A stretch of 64,000 bases of DNA from a virus (Duplodnaviria > Heunggongvirae > Uroviricota > Caudoviricetes): IMG/VR virus record IMGVR_UViG_3300031758_000002. One strand, written 5' to 3'. Position 1 is the stretch's first letter; the number at the start of each line of letters is the position of its first letter. Shown here in pieces: positions 1-9,147 of this stretch. Position numbers and translations under genes: made by a program. The notes beneath the pieces were generated by a model, which searched no databases, had not been told where the DNA came from, and was given only the letters and a program-made list of their open reading frames with translations.

Positions 1-1305
1 TTGTCCTGTTGTATCATCAGGATTTGCGGAATCATATGGTTCTAGCGCAAATTTCTCTCCATAGAAGAAGTCAATGGTTTGATTTGTATAATGTATTATT
101 GCAATTGCTTTTTGTTCTTCAGGTTGTACCGTAATCTTTTCATCAAATGAATTGTAGTAATATACCGAACTAGTGTCTTTTTGTCCCAAACTTGATGCGT
201 ATCCAAAATATTCTTTTGTCCCAAGATAATCTATTGATCCAAAATATTCATATCCCTCATATGTTGCAGGATATAAACCTGCAGGATTTTCACTCCAAGG
301 AATATTCATGTTCCATATTTTAACATCAAACTCATCAATATCACAAACAGTTTCAAAATTAATAACATCACTACTCCAATGAGGTGCCGGTGTTATACTA
401 TCATAAAGTGTTGTCATATTTGGTGGATAGATTAATGTTCTTGAATAACATGACCCAGAAAATGATGAAAAGTCAGGTAAATTCCTATCAACAGTAATAA
501 CATTGTTACAGTACGCAATAATTCTATATGTCATCATTGGATAACAACTATTAATTGACATATAACAATCCGCCATAGGTGGTGGAGGACACGCAGGTGT
601 GTTTGATGGTGTTAAACAAGGTGTCTTAGTTGGTGTTGGCGTTGGTGTTGCCGAACACACAAATGTATACGTTGAACTTGGTGTTGGGGTTGGTGTCGGT
701 GTTGATGCGACGGACGCTGATGGTGTTGGGGTTGGTAAATTATAACAAGTGTTATTTATATCCCATTTACCGTCATAATATATTGTAATAAAATCACCAA
801 CTGAAGGTATTCCCTCATTAATTAAATTAGAACCAGAATATATTAATTCAACTTGGTTTGTTCCACTTAAAGAACACATATTTACAACATAGTTTGAGCT
901 AACTACATAATTATTGTTAGTTAAAGCACTCCAACTAATTGTGGTTGCACTAGTATTTCCTGAAAAAAATCCTCTTAAAGGAGCTCTATTAAATACAGGT
1001 TCAATAACCGAATCCATATAAGGAATTCCATATGTATTACCGGCAGAACCATCTACATAATAAGGGTATTTAACATTTTGTCTATTTGATTGTGGTGAAC
1101 CAGCACTATTTTGACTATTAAATGGTGGTTCCAATACCATACTATATGGTTGATTATATGTTGACGATAATGCATTGTACGATACTTCACTATCCCCAAC
1201 TTGGAAATACGCAATGTTAAAGTTACCTTCAGATAATTTTTGTCTACCTGTATCAGTAACTCTTGTATTGATTAAACCAGATGTATTTTTGAGTATATAT
1301 GCCAT
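1..1305 (-). CDS. Putative virion structural protein with Pro-Thr linker (runs off the left edge; absent from the ORF track)
   Basis: ATG at 1305 reads MAYILKNTSGLINTRVTDTGRQKLSEGNFNIAYFQVGDSEVSY and appears open to position 1. TPTPTP/Cys-rich stretch at about 600-740. Upstream TATTTATA at 1312-1319. Confidence 0.8.
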   Translation of the reverse strand, partial: MAYILKNTSGLINTRVTDTGRQKLSEGNFNIAYFQVGDSEVSYNALSSTYNQPYSMVLEPPFNSQNSAGSPQSNRQNVKYPYYVDGSAGNTYGIPYMDSVIEPVFNRAPLRGFFSGNTSATTISWSALTNNNYVVSSNYVVNMCSLSGTNQVELIYSGSNLINEGIPSVGDFITIYYDGKWDINNTCYNLPTPTPSASVASTPTPTPTPSSTYTFVCSATPTPTPTKTPCLTPSNTPACPPPPMADCYMSINSCYPMMTYRIIAYCNNVITVDRNLPDFSSFSGSCYSRTLIYPPNMTTLYDSITPAPHWSSDVINFETVCDIDEFDVKIWNMNIPWSENPAGLYPATYEGYEYFGSIDYLGTKEYFGYASSLGQKDTSSVYYYNSFDEKITVQPEEQKAIAIIHYTNQTIDFFYGEKFALEPYDSANPDDTTGQ

Positions 1306-1311
1306 TTGTTA

Positions 1312-1319
1312 TATAAATA
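1312..1319 (-). promoter_or_regulatory. TATTTATA upstream motif
   Basis: 6 nt upstream of the ATG at 1305. Member of a recurring strand-oriented motif. Confidence 0.6.
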
Positions 1320-1338
1320 CTATGTTTGATATTTTATT

Positions 1339-2925
1339 TTACCCTACTTTTCCTATCGGTTTATTTATTACGGTTACCGAACAACAAGGACAGTTAGTTA
1401 ACTTTACATCATTTAAATATAAATTATATGAATGTTTTTCAGATAAACAGTGAGTTTCTAAAGGTAGATTCAATATTGGTGTTGGATTACTAATTGTACC
1501 ACTAACAGTGTCTCCCTGTACCATAGTTATATTATCCCAAGTAAATGTTGTAAGTGACTCAACAACAACACCTCCAATACACACTTTATCAGGTAAAGCA
1601 TTTGATGACCCACTATTAGTGGTTGTACTATATGGAACAGGAATCATATTTTTATTTACTGTAACCACATTATTCCAAGTGTACGCATTAAATTGAGGTT
1701 GTTCTGTAAAATATTTCTCATGTACTAAATCAAATGAAAGAGTAGTACCTACAGGTAATTGTGGTGAAACCGTAACATTAAATGCGGTTGACGTGGCGTT
1801 TAGTGATAATGTTAGTGCATATATTTGAGGTGCTGCCGGTTGTATTAAATTCACAATTTGACTAAATGTTTGTCCTGAAGAGTCTGTAACAATTGTTGTG
1901 TATAACCCAGGACATAGACTTTGGAAGATAGGTTGGTTAGGGAAGAAGTTGAATCCATCTATACTATACTCATATGGTGGAACTCCATCAATAATATTAA
2001 ATATTATACTTCCGTCACTAATACATCCACCTAAACCATCTTTACGAACACAAGTAGGTTGGTTAACTGTTAATTCATATCTCAATATGTCTTGACTTGC
2101 ACAAGTTCCTTCACTCATTTGTACCGATAATATTGACGGATTTGGTGGTACTGAACCAATAGATTGCCATCCAGCAATAGGTGGTGTAGCTGGATTTAAA
2201 TTAACTAAACTACCGTATGTCCATCCTGACACTTCCCACTGACTTGTACCACTCATCCATACCACATCATAACCTGAAGGTGTTGATGTCCAAGTTGGTT
2301 TTCCATTATAATACCCATTATAACCAAAATCAATTAATTCAAGATAAGGATCTTTACCTATTCTACCTTCAACAATTAAACATAAACCACTAAATGCCGG
2401 TATCGGTGTAGGAGTTGGTGTAGGAGTTGGTGTTGGTGTCGGACTTGGTGCGGTTAAATAACAAGTTGTTCTTGCGGTAAAGTCACCATAAAAATCGGTA
2501 ACAACCGCATCATATTCTCCTGAACCCAAATTTGTTAATGTTTGAGAATAATTACCATTTTCCCATGATATAAAATATGGTGGTGTACCTCCTGTAATAT
2601 ACAAAGATGCCACACCGTCAAAACTATTACTTGTTGTTGGATTTTCAGTTAAACATTGTACTCCCAATGGGAATATTGTTATTACATCGCATTCATTTTG
2701 ATATTTAAATAATCCACCAGGGCAAACTCCATTAACACAGAGTCCTTTAACTTCAAAATCAATATCTAAACAATTTGTTATTGGATCAAAATTTTCACTA
2801 CATATATTGTATGTTGTACCACTTTGGAATGTTTCTGTTACAGTGTTTCCACTACAATCTTGATAGGTTAAATCATACTGATTAACCTTTGCAAAACTAA
2901 ATTCTAAACAATAACAATTGGACAT
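1339..2925 (-). CDS. Putative virion surface protein with SprB-like repeats and PT linker
   Basis: 528 aa. Two ITGGTPPY/IDGVPPYEYS..G.Y...VTD..G modules (SprB repeat pattern), a (PT)n linker and many Cys. Confidence 0.7.
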   Translation of the reverse strand: MSNCYCLEFSFAKVNQYDLTYQDCSGNTVTETFQSGTTYNICSENFDPITNCLDIDFEVKGLCVNGVCPGGLFKYQNECDVITIFPLGVQCLTENPTTSNSFDGVASLYITGGTPPYFISWENGNYSQTLTNLGSGEYDAVVTDFYGDFTARTTCYLTAPSPTPTPTPTPTPTPIPAFSGLCLIVEGRIGKDPYLELIDFGYNGYYNGKPTWTSTPSGYDVVWMSGTSQWEVSGWTYGSLVNLNPATPPIAGWQSIGSVPPNPSILSVQMSEGTCASQDILRYELTVNQPTCVRKDGLGGCISDGSIIFNIIDGVPPYEYSIDGFNFFPNQPIFQSLCPGLYTTIVTDSSGQTFSQIVNLIQPAAPQIYALTLSLNATSTAFNVTVSPQLPVGTTLSFDLVHEKYFTEQPQFNAYTWNNVVTVNKNMIPVPYSTTTNSGSSNALPDKVCIGGVVVESLTTFTWDNITMVQGDTVSGTISNPTPILNLPLETHCLSEKHSYNLYLNDVKLTNCPCCSVTVINKPIGKVG

Positions 2926-2941
2926 TTATATTCTCTTTTAC

Positions 2942-2949
2942 TATAAATA
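2942..2949 (-). promoter_or_regulatory. TATTTATA upstream motif (second copy at 2979-2986)
   Basis: Upstream of the ATG at 2925. Confidence 0.6.
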
Positions 2950-3014
2950 ATCAACTTACCATTTTTTAGTAAATTAATTATAAATAAAGATATTATAGTA
3001 TTGTAAAAAGTGAA

Positions 3015-4466
3015 TTATGGAACATAGTAAATACCACAACCTGTCGTACAATAATAAACAGAACCTGAAGGTAATGGTAATGACGATTCATTTGGTAAAT
3101 CCATAATTGATAAACAATTCATATATGTCGTATTAGGACAAGAAGTTGCTATTCCATTACCAACAATAAATGAACAATCGTGTATAACCGTATTTCCAGA
3201 ACCACCTAATATTGACGAAGATATTCCAATTGATGTGTTACATATACCACCACTTATTGTTGAATATGTAGATCCTGTTAATATTGTATTTTGATAACCA
3301 CCACCAATTGTTGTACTTGTTGATCCTGTTAAAATTGTATTACAATACCCACCACTTATTGTTGAATACGAAGCACTTGATGTGTTACTACGACCACCAC
3401 CTATTATTGAATATGTTGACCCCGTTAATGTTGTATTTCTATATCCACCACTTACGGTTGAGTAACAAGCACTTGATGTGTTGTATTTTCCCCCACCAAT
3501 TGTCACATAATAAGAACTTGATGTGTTACCCGCACCTCCTACAACTGTTGAAAAATTATTAGTTGATTTGTTAAATGATCCGCCACCAACAAATGAACCA
3601 TTACCACTTGATGTGTTACCTCTACCTCCACCTATGGTTGAGCAATCTCCACTTGATGTATTATTTAGTCCTCCACTTACGGTTGAATAATAACTACTTA
3701 AAACATTATTAATAGTTAATGTAACATCATTTGATGATGTACCACCAGGAAAAGTTGTTCCTGTAATAAAAATAGTGTCACCATTACTATATCCAAAACC
3801 TCCATTTGTGATTGTAACTCCAGTTATTGTATTACCACTAACATCAAATGTAAAATCCGCACCAACACCATAACCACTTGTTGTTGTTTGAGAATAAGGT
3901 CCGTAAGTCGCATCTGCAAGACCTAATCCAGCACTTGGAGTATATGAACTTAGAGTTGAGATAACACCTGTTGGTCCTGTTAAATTATTTGCACCACCCG
4001 ATATAACACTTCCACAAGAACTATTATTATTGAAGGATCCTCCACCAATAAATGAATAAATACCGCTTGATGTGTTGTTACGACCACCACTTACCGTCGA
4101 ATAAACACAACTAGATGTGTTAGCCGCTCCACCACCAACTGTTGAGTAATAACTACTCGATGTATTAAGGTATCCACCACTTACAGTTGATTTATTTCCA
4201 CTTGAGGTATTACAATAACCTCCACTAACTGTTGAATAACTTCCCGACGCTTCATTATTATTATCACATCTCATTGTTGATCCAATTCCTGCATCCAAAA
4301 CCATAATTGTGGAACCACTTATAGTGTCCATCATCTGACTAACGGTTGCTTTATATGATGAACCCGCAGGATCGTCAGTTATATCTGTCGGAATTACAAT
4401 ATGAATTAAATCATTTAATGTGACTCCCGTTGCCAATACTCTGTCTGTAAGTTTTTGATTTGCCAT
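3015..4466 (-). CDS. Short fibre/adhesin-like protein with YadA-head-like 15-aa repeats
   Basis: 483 aa with 17 ST(V/I)(S/G)GGxxNTSS repeats and an inserted beta-rich domain. N-terminus is paralogous to 5703..8810. Confidence 0.7.
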   Translation of the reverse strand: MANQKLTDRVLATGVTLNDLIHIVIPTDITDDPAGSSYKATVSQMMDTISGSTIMVLDAGIGSTMRCDNNNEASGSYSTVSGGYCNTSSGNKSTVSGGYLNTSSSYYSTVGGGAANTSSCVYSTVSGGRNNTSSGIYSFIGGGSFNNNSSCGSVISGGANNLTGPTGVISTLSSYTPSAGLGLADATYGPYSQTTTSGYGVGADFTFDVSGNTITGVTITNGGFGYSNGDTIFITGTTFPGGTSSNDVTLTINNVLSSYYSTVSGGLNNTSSGDCSTIGGGRGNTSSGNGSFVGGGSFNKSTNNFSTVVGGAGNTSSSYYVTIGGGKYNTSSACYSTVSGGYRNTTLTGSTYSIIGGGRSNTSSASYSTISGGYCNTILTGSTSTTIGGGYQNTILTGSTYSTISGGICNTSIGISSSILGGSGNTVIHDCSFIVGNGIATSCPNTTYMNCLSIMDLPNESSLPLPSGSVYYCTTGCGIYYVP

Positions 4467-4485
4467 TTTTTAATCTATTTTTATT

Positions 4486-5706
4486 TTATAAATAATATAA
4501 TACTTCTGCGGTTCCCAAAAATGTTGCACTTGCACTTAATGGTGTTATACATACCCACATTTCATCAAGTGTTCCATCAACATTAGAACCAACTCTAATT
4601 TGATTATCATCCACTTTAATTGTTGAAAGTGCTGATGATCCTGATTCACCAATTAAAGACGACATAATGTGACCTGGTGATGTTATCGTTGTTGTAACAG
4701 TCCCATTATATATTGAATATTGAAATGGTGAATTTGGTATATCTGTCCAACTTGGAGTTGCAGATAATGTAGGATTAAATTCAATAGTCACTAAGTAATT
4801 ATCATTTGAGGTATTTAAAATACTCAAACTACTATATTGCGATGTCACTGATTTATAACTTGGTTTAAGTCTATAACCAATATATGGATATTTTGTACCT
4901 GACGAATTTAAATCTGCAGTGGTTGAGTTTATAACTCCTACAGTGGAATATAGTCCGTTTAATGCTCCTTCGGTTGATACTTGTGAACATATCATATCAA
5001 AACTTCCTGAACCAACACCAACTTGTCTTATTTCATACCTTATTGGTTGATTTGGTGATGACATATAAACATTTGGTTCGTTATTAGCACAATTATGTTC
5101 GGTAAAATAAATTAATATTCCATCTAAATCCAAACCAAATCTCATTCTACCAACACCTAACCATTGATAATCAACTGACATTAAATTAGTGTTAGACCAA
5201 TCTAAACCTATTGGGTTAAATTCATTAGTGTTCCATACGGTTGTTGCCGCACTATAAACCGTAGTTCCCGATCTCCATATTTGAAAACTTATTTCGTTTG
5301 TTACCCCATTACTTTCTAAAAAGAACCCATCAAAAACCGAATTATATGTAGATGCCGTTGTTGAGGTGAATCCTCCCACCCTTTTTATGACATTTGTTTC
5401 TAACTGAAAATTTGAGAAACTTGCTTGGAATAATTGACTTTTTCCTGGTTGGTAAATAGGGTGTGTTTTTGATTGTCTTATAACTAAATCATTATTTGCC
5501 GCAGTTGACATTCTAACTCTCGCAAATTGTTGATTAAAAATTGACGTTGCAGTTCCTGCGGTAACCTCATTTACTTGTAATGGATTTTTATCGTATACGT
5601 GTTTAATGTCCAATAAATTTTGGACTGCGGCAGTTCTTAACCTACCAAATGCATCTAAATTTGCACTGTCACTATAAGATACTTGATTATTAAAAATAAA
5701 ACTCAT
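4486..5706 (-). CDS. Putative virion structural protein (beta-sandwich/lectin-like), phage DAFGRLR family
   Basis: Begins MSFIFNNQVSYSDSANLDAFGRLR. Start moved to the ATG at 5706, which forms an ATGA overlap with the upstream stop. Lies within the fibre cluster. Confidence 0.55.
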   Translation of the reverse strand: MSFIFNNQVSYSDSANLDAFGRLRTAAVQNLLDIKHVYDKNPLQVNEVTAGTATSIFNQQFARVRMSTAANNDLVIRQSKTHPIYQPGKSQLFQASFSNFQLETNVIKRVGGFTSTTASTYNSVFDGFFLESNGVTNEISFQIWRSGTTVYSAATTVWNTNEFNPIGLDWSNTNLMSVDYQWLGVGRMRFGLDLDGILIYFTEHNCANNEPNVYMSSPNQPIRYEIRQVGVGSGSFDMICSQVSTEGALNGLYSTVGVINSTTADLNSSGTKYPYIGYRLKPSYKSVTSQYSSLSILNTSNDNYLVTIEFNPTLSATPSWTDIPNSPFQYSIYNGTVTTTITSPGHIMSSLIGESGSSALSTIKVDDNQIRVGSNVDGTLDEMWVCITPLSASATFLGTAEVLYYL

Positions 5707-8700
5707 ATTATATACCAATTTCCGTTTCTCACCATAACAGTAAGAGACATATAGTTTATATTCATATCAACATATGAATTACCATCAATCAATCCTGATG
5801 CTGGCGTTAATCTTATTCTGTATGAACCAGAAGTTCCTGCTTCATCTTTTATCAATAAATAATAACCATCTTTCGATGTTGTTGTCGGTAATGTTAAATC
5901 AACATTTGATGAACCACTAACCCCCCAATAACTTTTATCCCAAGTTAATGTTTGTGATGATGTTATTGCGGAGGTCGCATAATTCAACGGTAATGAAATA
6001 TCTCTTGATTTAACGACACCTGTTGATGTATCTCTCACCAAGAAATTTGTATTTGACGGATCAGTATCTGGTGTATTTTGTAATGTTAAATAATTTGTAT
6101 GGAATGTACACGCTGAAACCGATGTAATACCAACACCAAAAGCCGATGAACAATTATGTGTTACGGTATTTCCTGAACCTCCTAAAATTGAAGAATAATT
6201 TCCTATTGAGGTGTTAAATACTCCACCTAAAATTGAGGAGTAGTTTCCTGTTGTTGTGTTATTACTTCCTCCACCAATGAAATTATTACTTGCCGTTGTA
6301 GTTCCCGATATTCCACCACTTATTACCGAATAATCTCCACAAGCAGTATTGTTAGAACCACCACCAATTGATGCTCCGTTACCTATAAGTCTATTACATA
6401 TACCTCCAGATAAGGTACCCCAAACACCATTATTTGTATTTTGTAGTCCTCCACCAACAAACGAAAAATAATTTGATGCAGTATTACGACAACCACCACC
6501 TACGGTTGATCCATTACAATTTGATGTATTACTAATTCCTCCTAATATTGACGAACAATTACCACTTGTTATATTTTGCAATCCACCACCTATTGTTGAT
6601 CCAACACCTAAAGATCGATTCAAACATCCACCACCTATTGTCGAATAACACCCACTTGATGTGTTACCTCTACCTCCACCAATAAATGTAAAATAATTTG
6701 ATGCGGTATTAGTTCTACCCCCACTTATTGTTGATACTACACCATTACTTTTATTTTGCGTTCCCCCACCAACGGTTGAATAACACCCACTTGATGTGTT
6801 ACCTCTACCACCACCTACGGTTGAGCAATCTCCGATTGATGTGTTACAATAACCTCCACTTACGGTTGATATAAAACCGATTGACACATTTCTTCTACCA
6901 CCACCGATAAATGAGTATCCCCCACTTGACGTGTTTAAACATCCACCTACTACGACTGATGAAAAACTACTTATTGTGTTACCACTACCTCCACCAATGG
7001 TTGAGTTTGCTGCTGATGCTAATATTGTATTTTGTTGTCCACCACCAATGGTTGAACTTGTTGCTCCAGCTAATATTGTATTACAATAACCTCCACTAAC
7101 TGTTGAAGCTTTACCGTTAACTTTATTAAAATAACCTCCAACTACTAAACTATAAACATCACACGAAGTATTTCCACAACCTGATCCTATAAAACCACCC
7201 GTAGACATATTTGTATTACAAACACCCCCACCAATTACTGAGCACGCTCCTAATGATGTATTACCTATACCCCCACTTACCGTTGAGGTATCACCAACCG
7301 ATGTATTTTGACGACCACCACTTACTGTTGAACACACACCATAAGATGTGTTACTGAATCCACCTCCAACAGTTGATGCATAACTACTTGACGTATTAGC
7401 GTTTCCACCACCGACTGAACTATATGTTCCACACGAAATATTTGCTCGCCCCCCACTTATTGTTGATATTTGACCACACGCCCTATTAAATTGACCACCA
7501 CCTACGGTTGTAGAATCCCCTAACGATCTATTACATCTACCACCACCTACGGTTGAATAATATCCACTTGATGTACTACTTGCTCCCCCACTTATGGTTG
7601 ATCTACCTCCACTTGAAGTGTTGTTTGCACCACCACCTACGGTTGAATAATAATCGCTTGAAGTATTACTCACACCCCCTCCAATTGTTGAATGTGTTGA
7701 TCCTGTTAAGATTGTATTACATTCACCACCACCAATTGATGAACTTGTTGATCCTGTTAAGATTGTATTACATTCACCACCACCAATTGATGAACTTGTT
7801 GAACCAGTTAATATTGTATTATTACACCCACCACCTATGGTTGATGTGTCACTATTTGTTTTGTTACTAAGACCACCACTTATGGTTGAATCCGCACCAA
7901 TTGATGAGTTACAACGTCCTCCACTTATAGTTGAATAGTAACCGCTTGAGGTATTAAAACGCCCCCCACCTATGGTTGATTCACTACCAATTGATGTATT
8001 ACGATATCCTCCACTTATAGTTGAGTAATAAGTACCTGATGATGTGTTACATTTACCACCACCAACGGTTGAGTAACACCCACTTGATGTGTTACTTCTA
8101 CCACCGCCAATTGTTGAAAAATAATTACTTGATGTATTCCCACTACCACCGCCAATTGTTGACCAGTCACCACTTGATGTATTATAATAACCTCCACTTA
8201 CGGTTGAGTTAGCCCCATTTGATTCGTTACTTTGACCACCACCAACTGTTGATCCACCACCACTTGATGTGTTACCAACACCACCACTTACGGTTGATCT
8301 AGAACCGCTTGATGTATTCAAACCACCACCACCAATCGTTGTTAAAGTTGATCCTATTAGTATTGTATTGGAGTTCCCTCCACCTATAGTTGAGTTTGTT
8401 GCTCCTGTTAAGATTGTATTACAATACCCGCCACTTACAGTTGAATTATTAGATGTTGAACCATTTTGTTGTCCGCCACCTACTGTCGAATAACACCCAC
8501 TTGATGTGTTACAATACCCCCCACTTACAGTTGACCAATTACAACTTGATGTATTTACTCTACCACCACTTACAGTGGAGTAGTTCCCACTTGCATCATT
8601 ATTATTACCACATCTTTCAACCGAACCAATTCCAGAACCAACTATCATAACAGATGTTCCACCCGTTAATGCTCCAAGTACTTGCTGAAAACACGCTTTA

Positions 8701-8810
8701 TATGATGATCCAGCAGGATTACCTTGTGATAAATCATTAGGATCCACTATGTGAAATAAATCAGTTAAATTAACCCCGGTTGCTGGTATTTGATCCGTTA
8801 AAAATGCCAT
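5703..8810 (-). CDS. Long tail-fibre/adhesin-like protein with about 53 YadA-head-like repeats
   Basis: 1035 aa. 53 counted 15/17-aa GG-N repeats. C-terminal LTLP...IKDE.G...IDG...N.N..S.T....NWYII domain resembles T4 gp9/gp10-type fibre domains. Confidence 0.75.
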   Translation of the reverse strand: MAFLTDQIPATGVNLTDLFHIVDPNDLSQGNPAGSSYKACFQQVLGALTGGTSVMIVGSGIGSVERCGNNNDASGNYSTVSGGRVNTSSCNWSTVSGGYCNTSSGCYSTVGGGQQNGSTSNNSTVSGGYCNTILTGATNSTIGGGNSNTILIGSTLTTIGGGGLNTSSGSRSTVSGGVGNTSSGGGSTVGGGQSNESNGANSTVSGGYYNTSSGDWSTIGGGSGNTSSNYFSTIGGGRSNTSSGCYSTVGGGKCNTSSGTYYSTISGGYRNTSIGSESTIGGGRFNTSSGYYSTISGGRCNSSIGADSTISGGLSNKTNSDTSTIGGGCNNTILTGSTSSSIGGGECNTILTGSTSSSIGGGECNTILTGSTHSTIGGGVSNTSSDYYSTVGGGANNTSSGGRSTISGGASSTSSGYYSTVGGGRCNRSLGDSTTVGGGQFNRACGQISTISGGRANISCGTYSSVGGGNANTSSSYASTVGGGFSNTSYGVCSTVSGGRQNTSVGDTSTVSGGIGNTSLGACSVIGGGVCNTNMSTGGFIGSGCGNTSCDVYSLVVGGYFNKVNGKASTVSGGYCNTILAGATSSTIGGGQQNTILASAANSTIGGGSGNTISSFSSVVVGGCLNTSSGGYSFIGGGRRNVSIGFISTVSGGYCNTSIGDCSTVGGGRGNTSSGCYSTVGGGTQNKSNGVVSTISGGRTNTASNYFTFIGGGRGNTSSGCYSTIGGGCLNRSLGVGSTIGGGLQNITSGNCSSILGGISNTSNCNGSTVGGGCRNTASNYFSFVGGGLQNTNNGVWGTLSGGICNRLIGNGASIGGGSNNTACGDYSVISGGISGTTTASNNFIGGGSNNTTTGNYSSILGGVFNTSIGNYSSILGGSGNTVTHNCSSAFGVGITSVSACTFHTNYLTLQNTPDTDPSNTNFLVRDTSTGVVKSRDISLPLNYATSAITSSQTLTWDKSYWGVSGSSNVDLTLPTTTSKDGYYLLIKDEAGTSGSYRIRLTPASGLIDGNSYVDMNINYMSLTVMVRNGNWYII
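7695..7802. repeat. Exact 51-nt tandem duplication inside the long fibre gene
   Basis: 7695-7745 is identical to 7746-7796 (tgttgatcctgttaagattgtattacattcaccaccaccaattgatgaact). Encodes STSSSIGGGECNTILTG twice. Confidence 0.95.
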
Positions 8811-8824
8811 TATTCTTTTTTATA

Positions 8825-8832
8825 TATAAATA
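8825..8832 (-). promoter_or_regulatory. TATTTATA upstream motif
   Basis: Upstream of the long fibre ATG at 8810. Confidence 0.6.
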
Positions 8833-8844
8833 CACTTTAATTCA

Positions 8845-9147
8845 TTATTGGAACTGATAAATGCTATAATCCATAAAGAAGAAGTAATCTCCGTCTTGGA
8901 ATTGTTTTCCTACAGGTGGTAAATTAACGCAATTTAAAACAATAAATCTTTCACAATATAAATCTTTTACTAATACTCCTATTGCTGGTGACATATTAAA
9001 TTGTGATGGTAATGTAATTGTAACCATTGGTGGAATTACAGTATTTACAGTTGCAACTATTGTACAATTATTACCATAAACATCACAAACATATATTTGA
9101 TATGGTATTGTTAATCCTGTAACATTACTTATCACCAATTGTGTCAT
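8845..9147 (-). CDS. Small putative virion protein (single beta-domain plus FQD tail motif)
   Basis: 100 aa ending GKQFQDGDYFFFMDYSIYQFQ. TAATG overlap with the upstream gene. Confidence 0.65.
   Translation of the reverse strand: MTQLVISNVTGLTIPYQIYVCDVYGNNCTIVATVNTVIPPMVTITLPSQFNMSPAIGVLVKDLYCERFIVLNCVNLPPVGKQFQDGDYFFFMDYSIYQFQ

Noticed and set aside
3604-6833. Near-identical repeat pair as diversity-generating retroelement TR/VR
   Set aside because: No reverse transcriptase in the window. The pair is only 47 nt, both copies are internal coding repeats, and the two mismatches are not both adenine-specific.
3284-8650. Plus-strand His/Leu/Tyr-rich ORFs (3284..3562, 6911..7099, 7553..7870, 8021..8212, 8269..8493, 8453..8650) and minus 8015..8197
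   Set aside because: Antisense or alternate-frame shadows of the Gly/Ser/Thr repeat genes, with no independent start signals.
3015-8810. Regularly spaced ccacc/ccacttgatgt repeats as a CRISPR array
   Set aside because: The repeats are degenerate, have a period of 45-51 nt in frame, and encode the protein repeat of two open ORFs. No invariant repeat with unique spacers and no cas genes.
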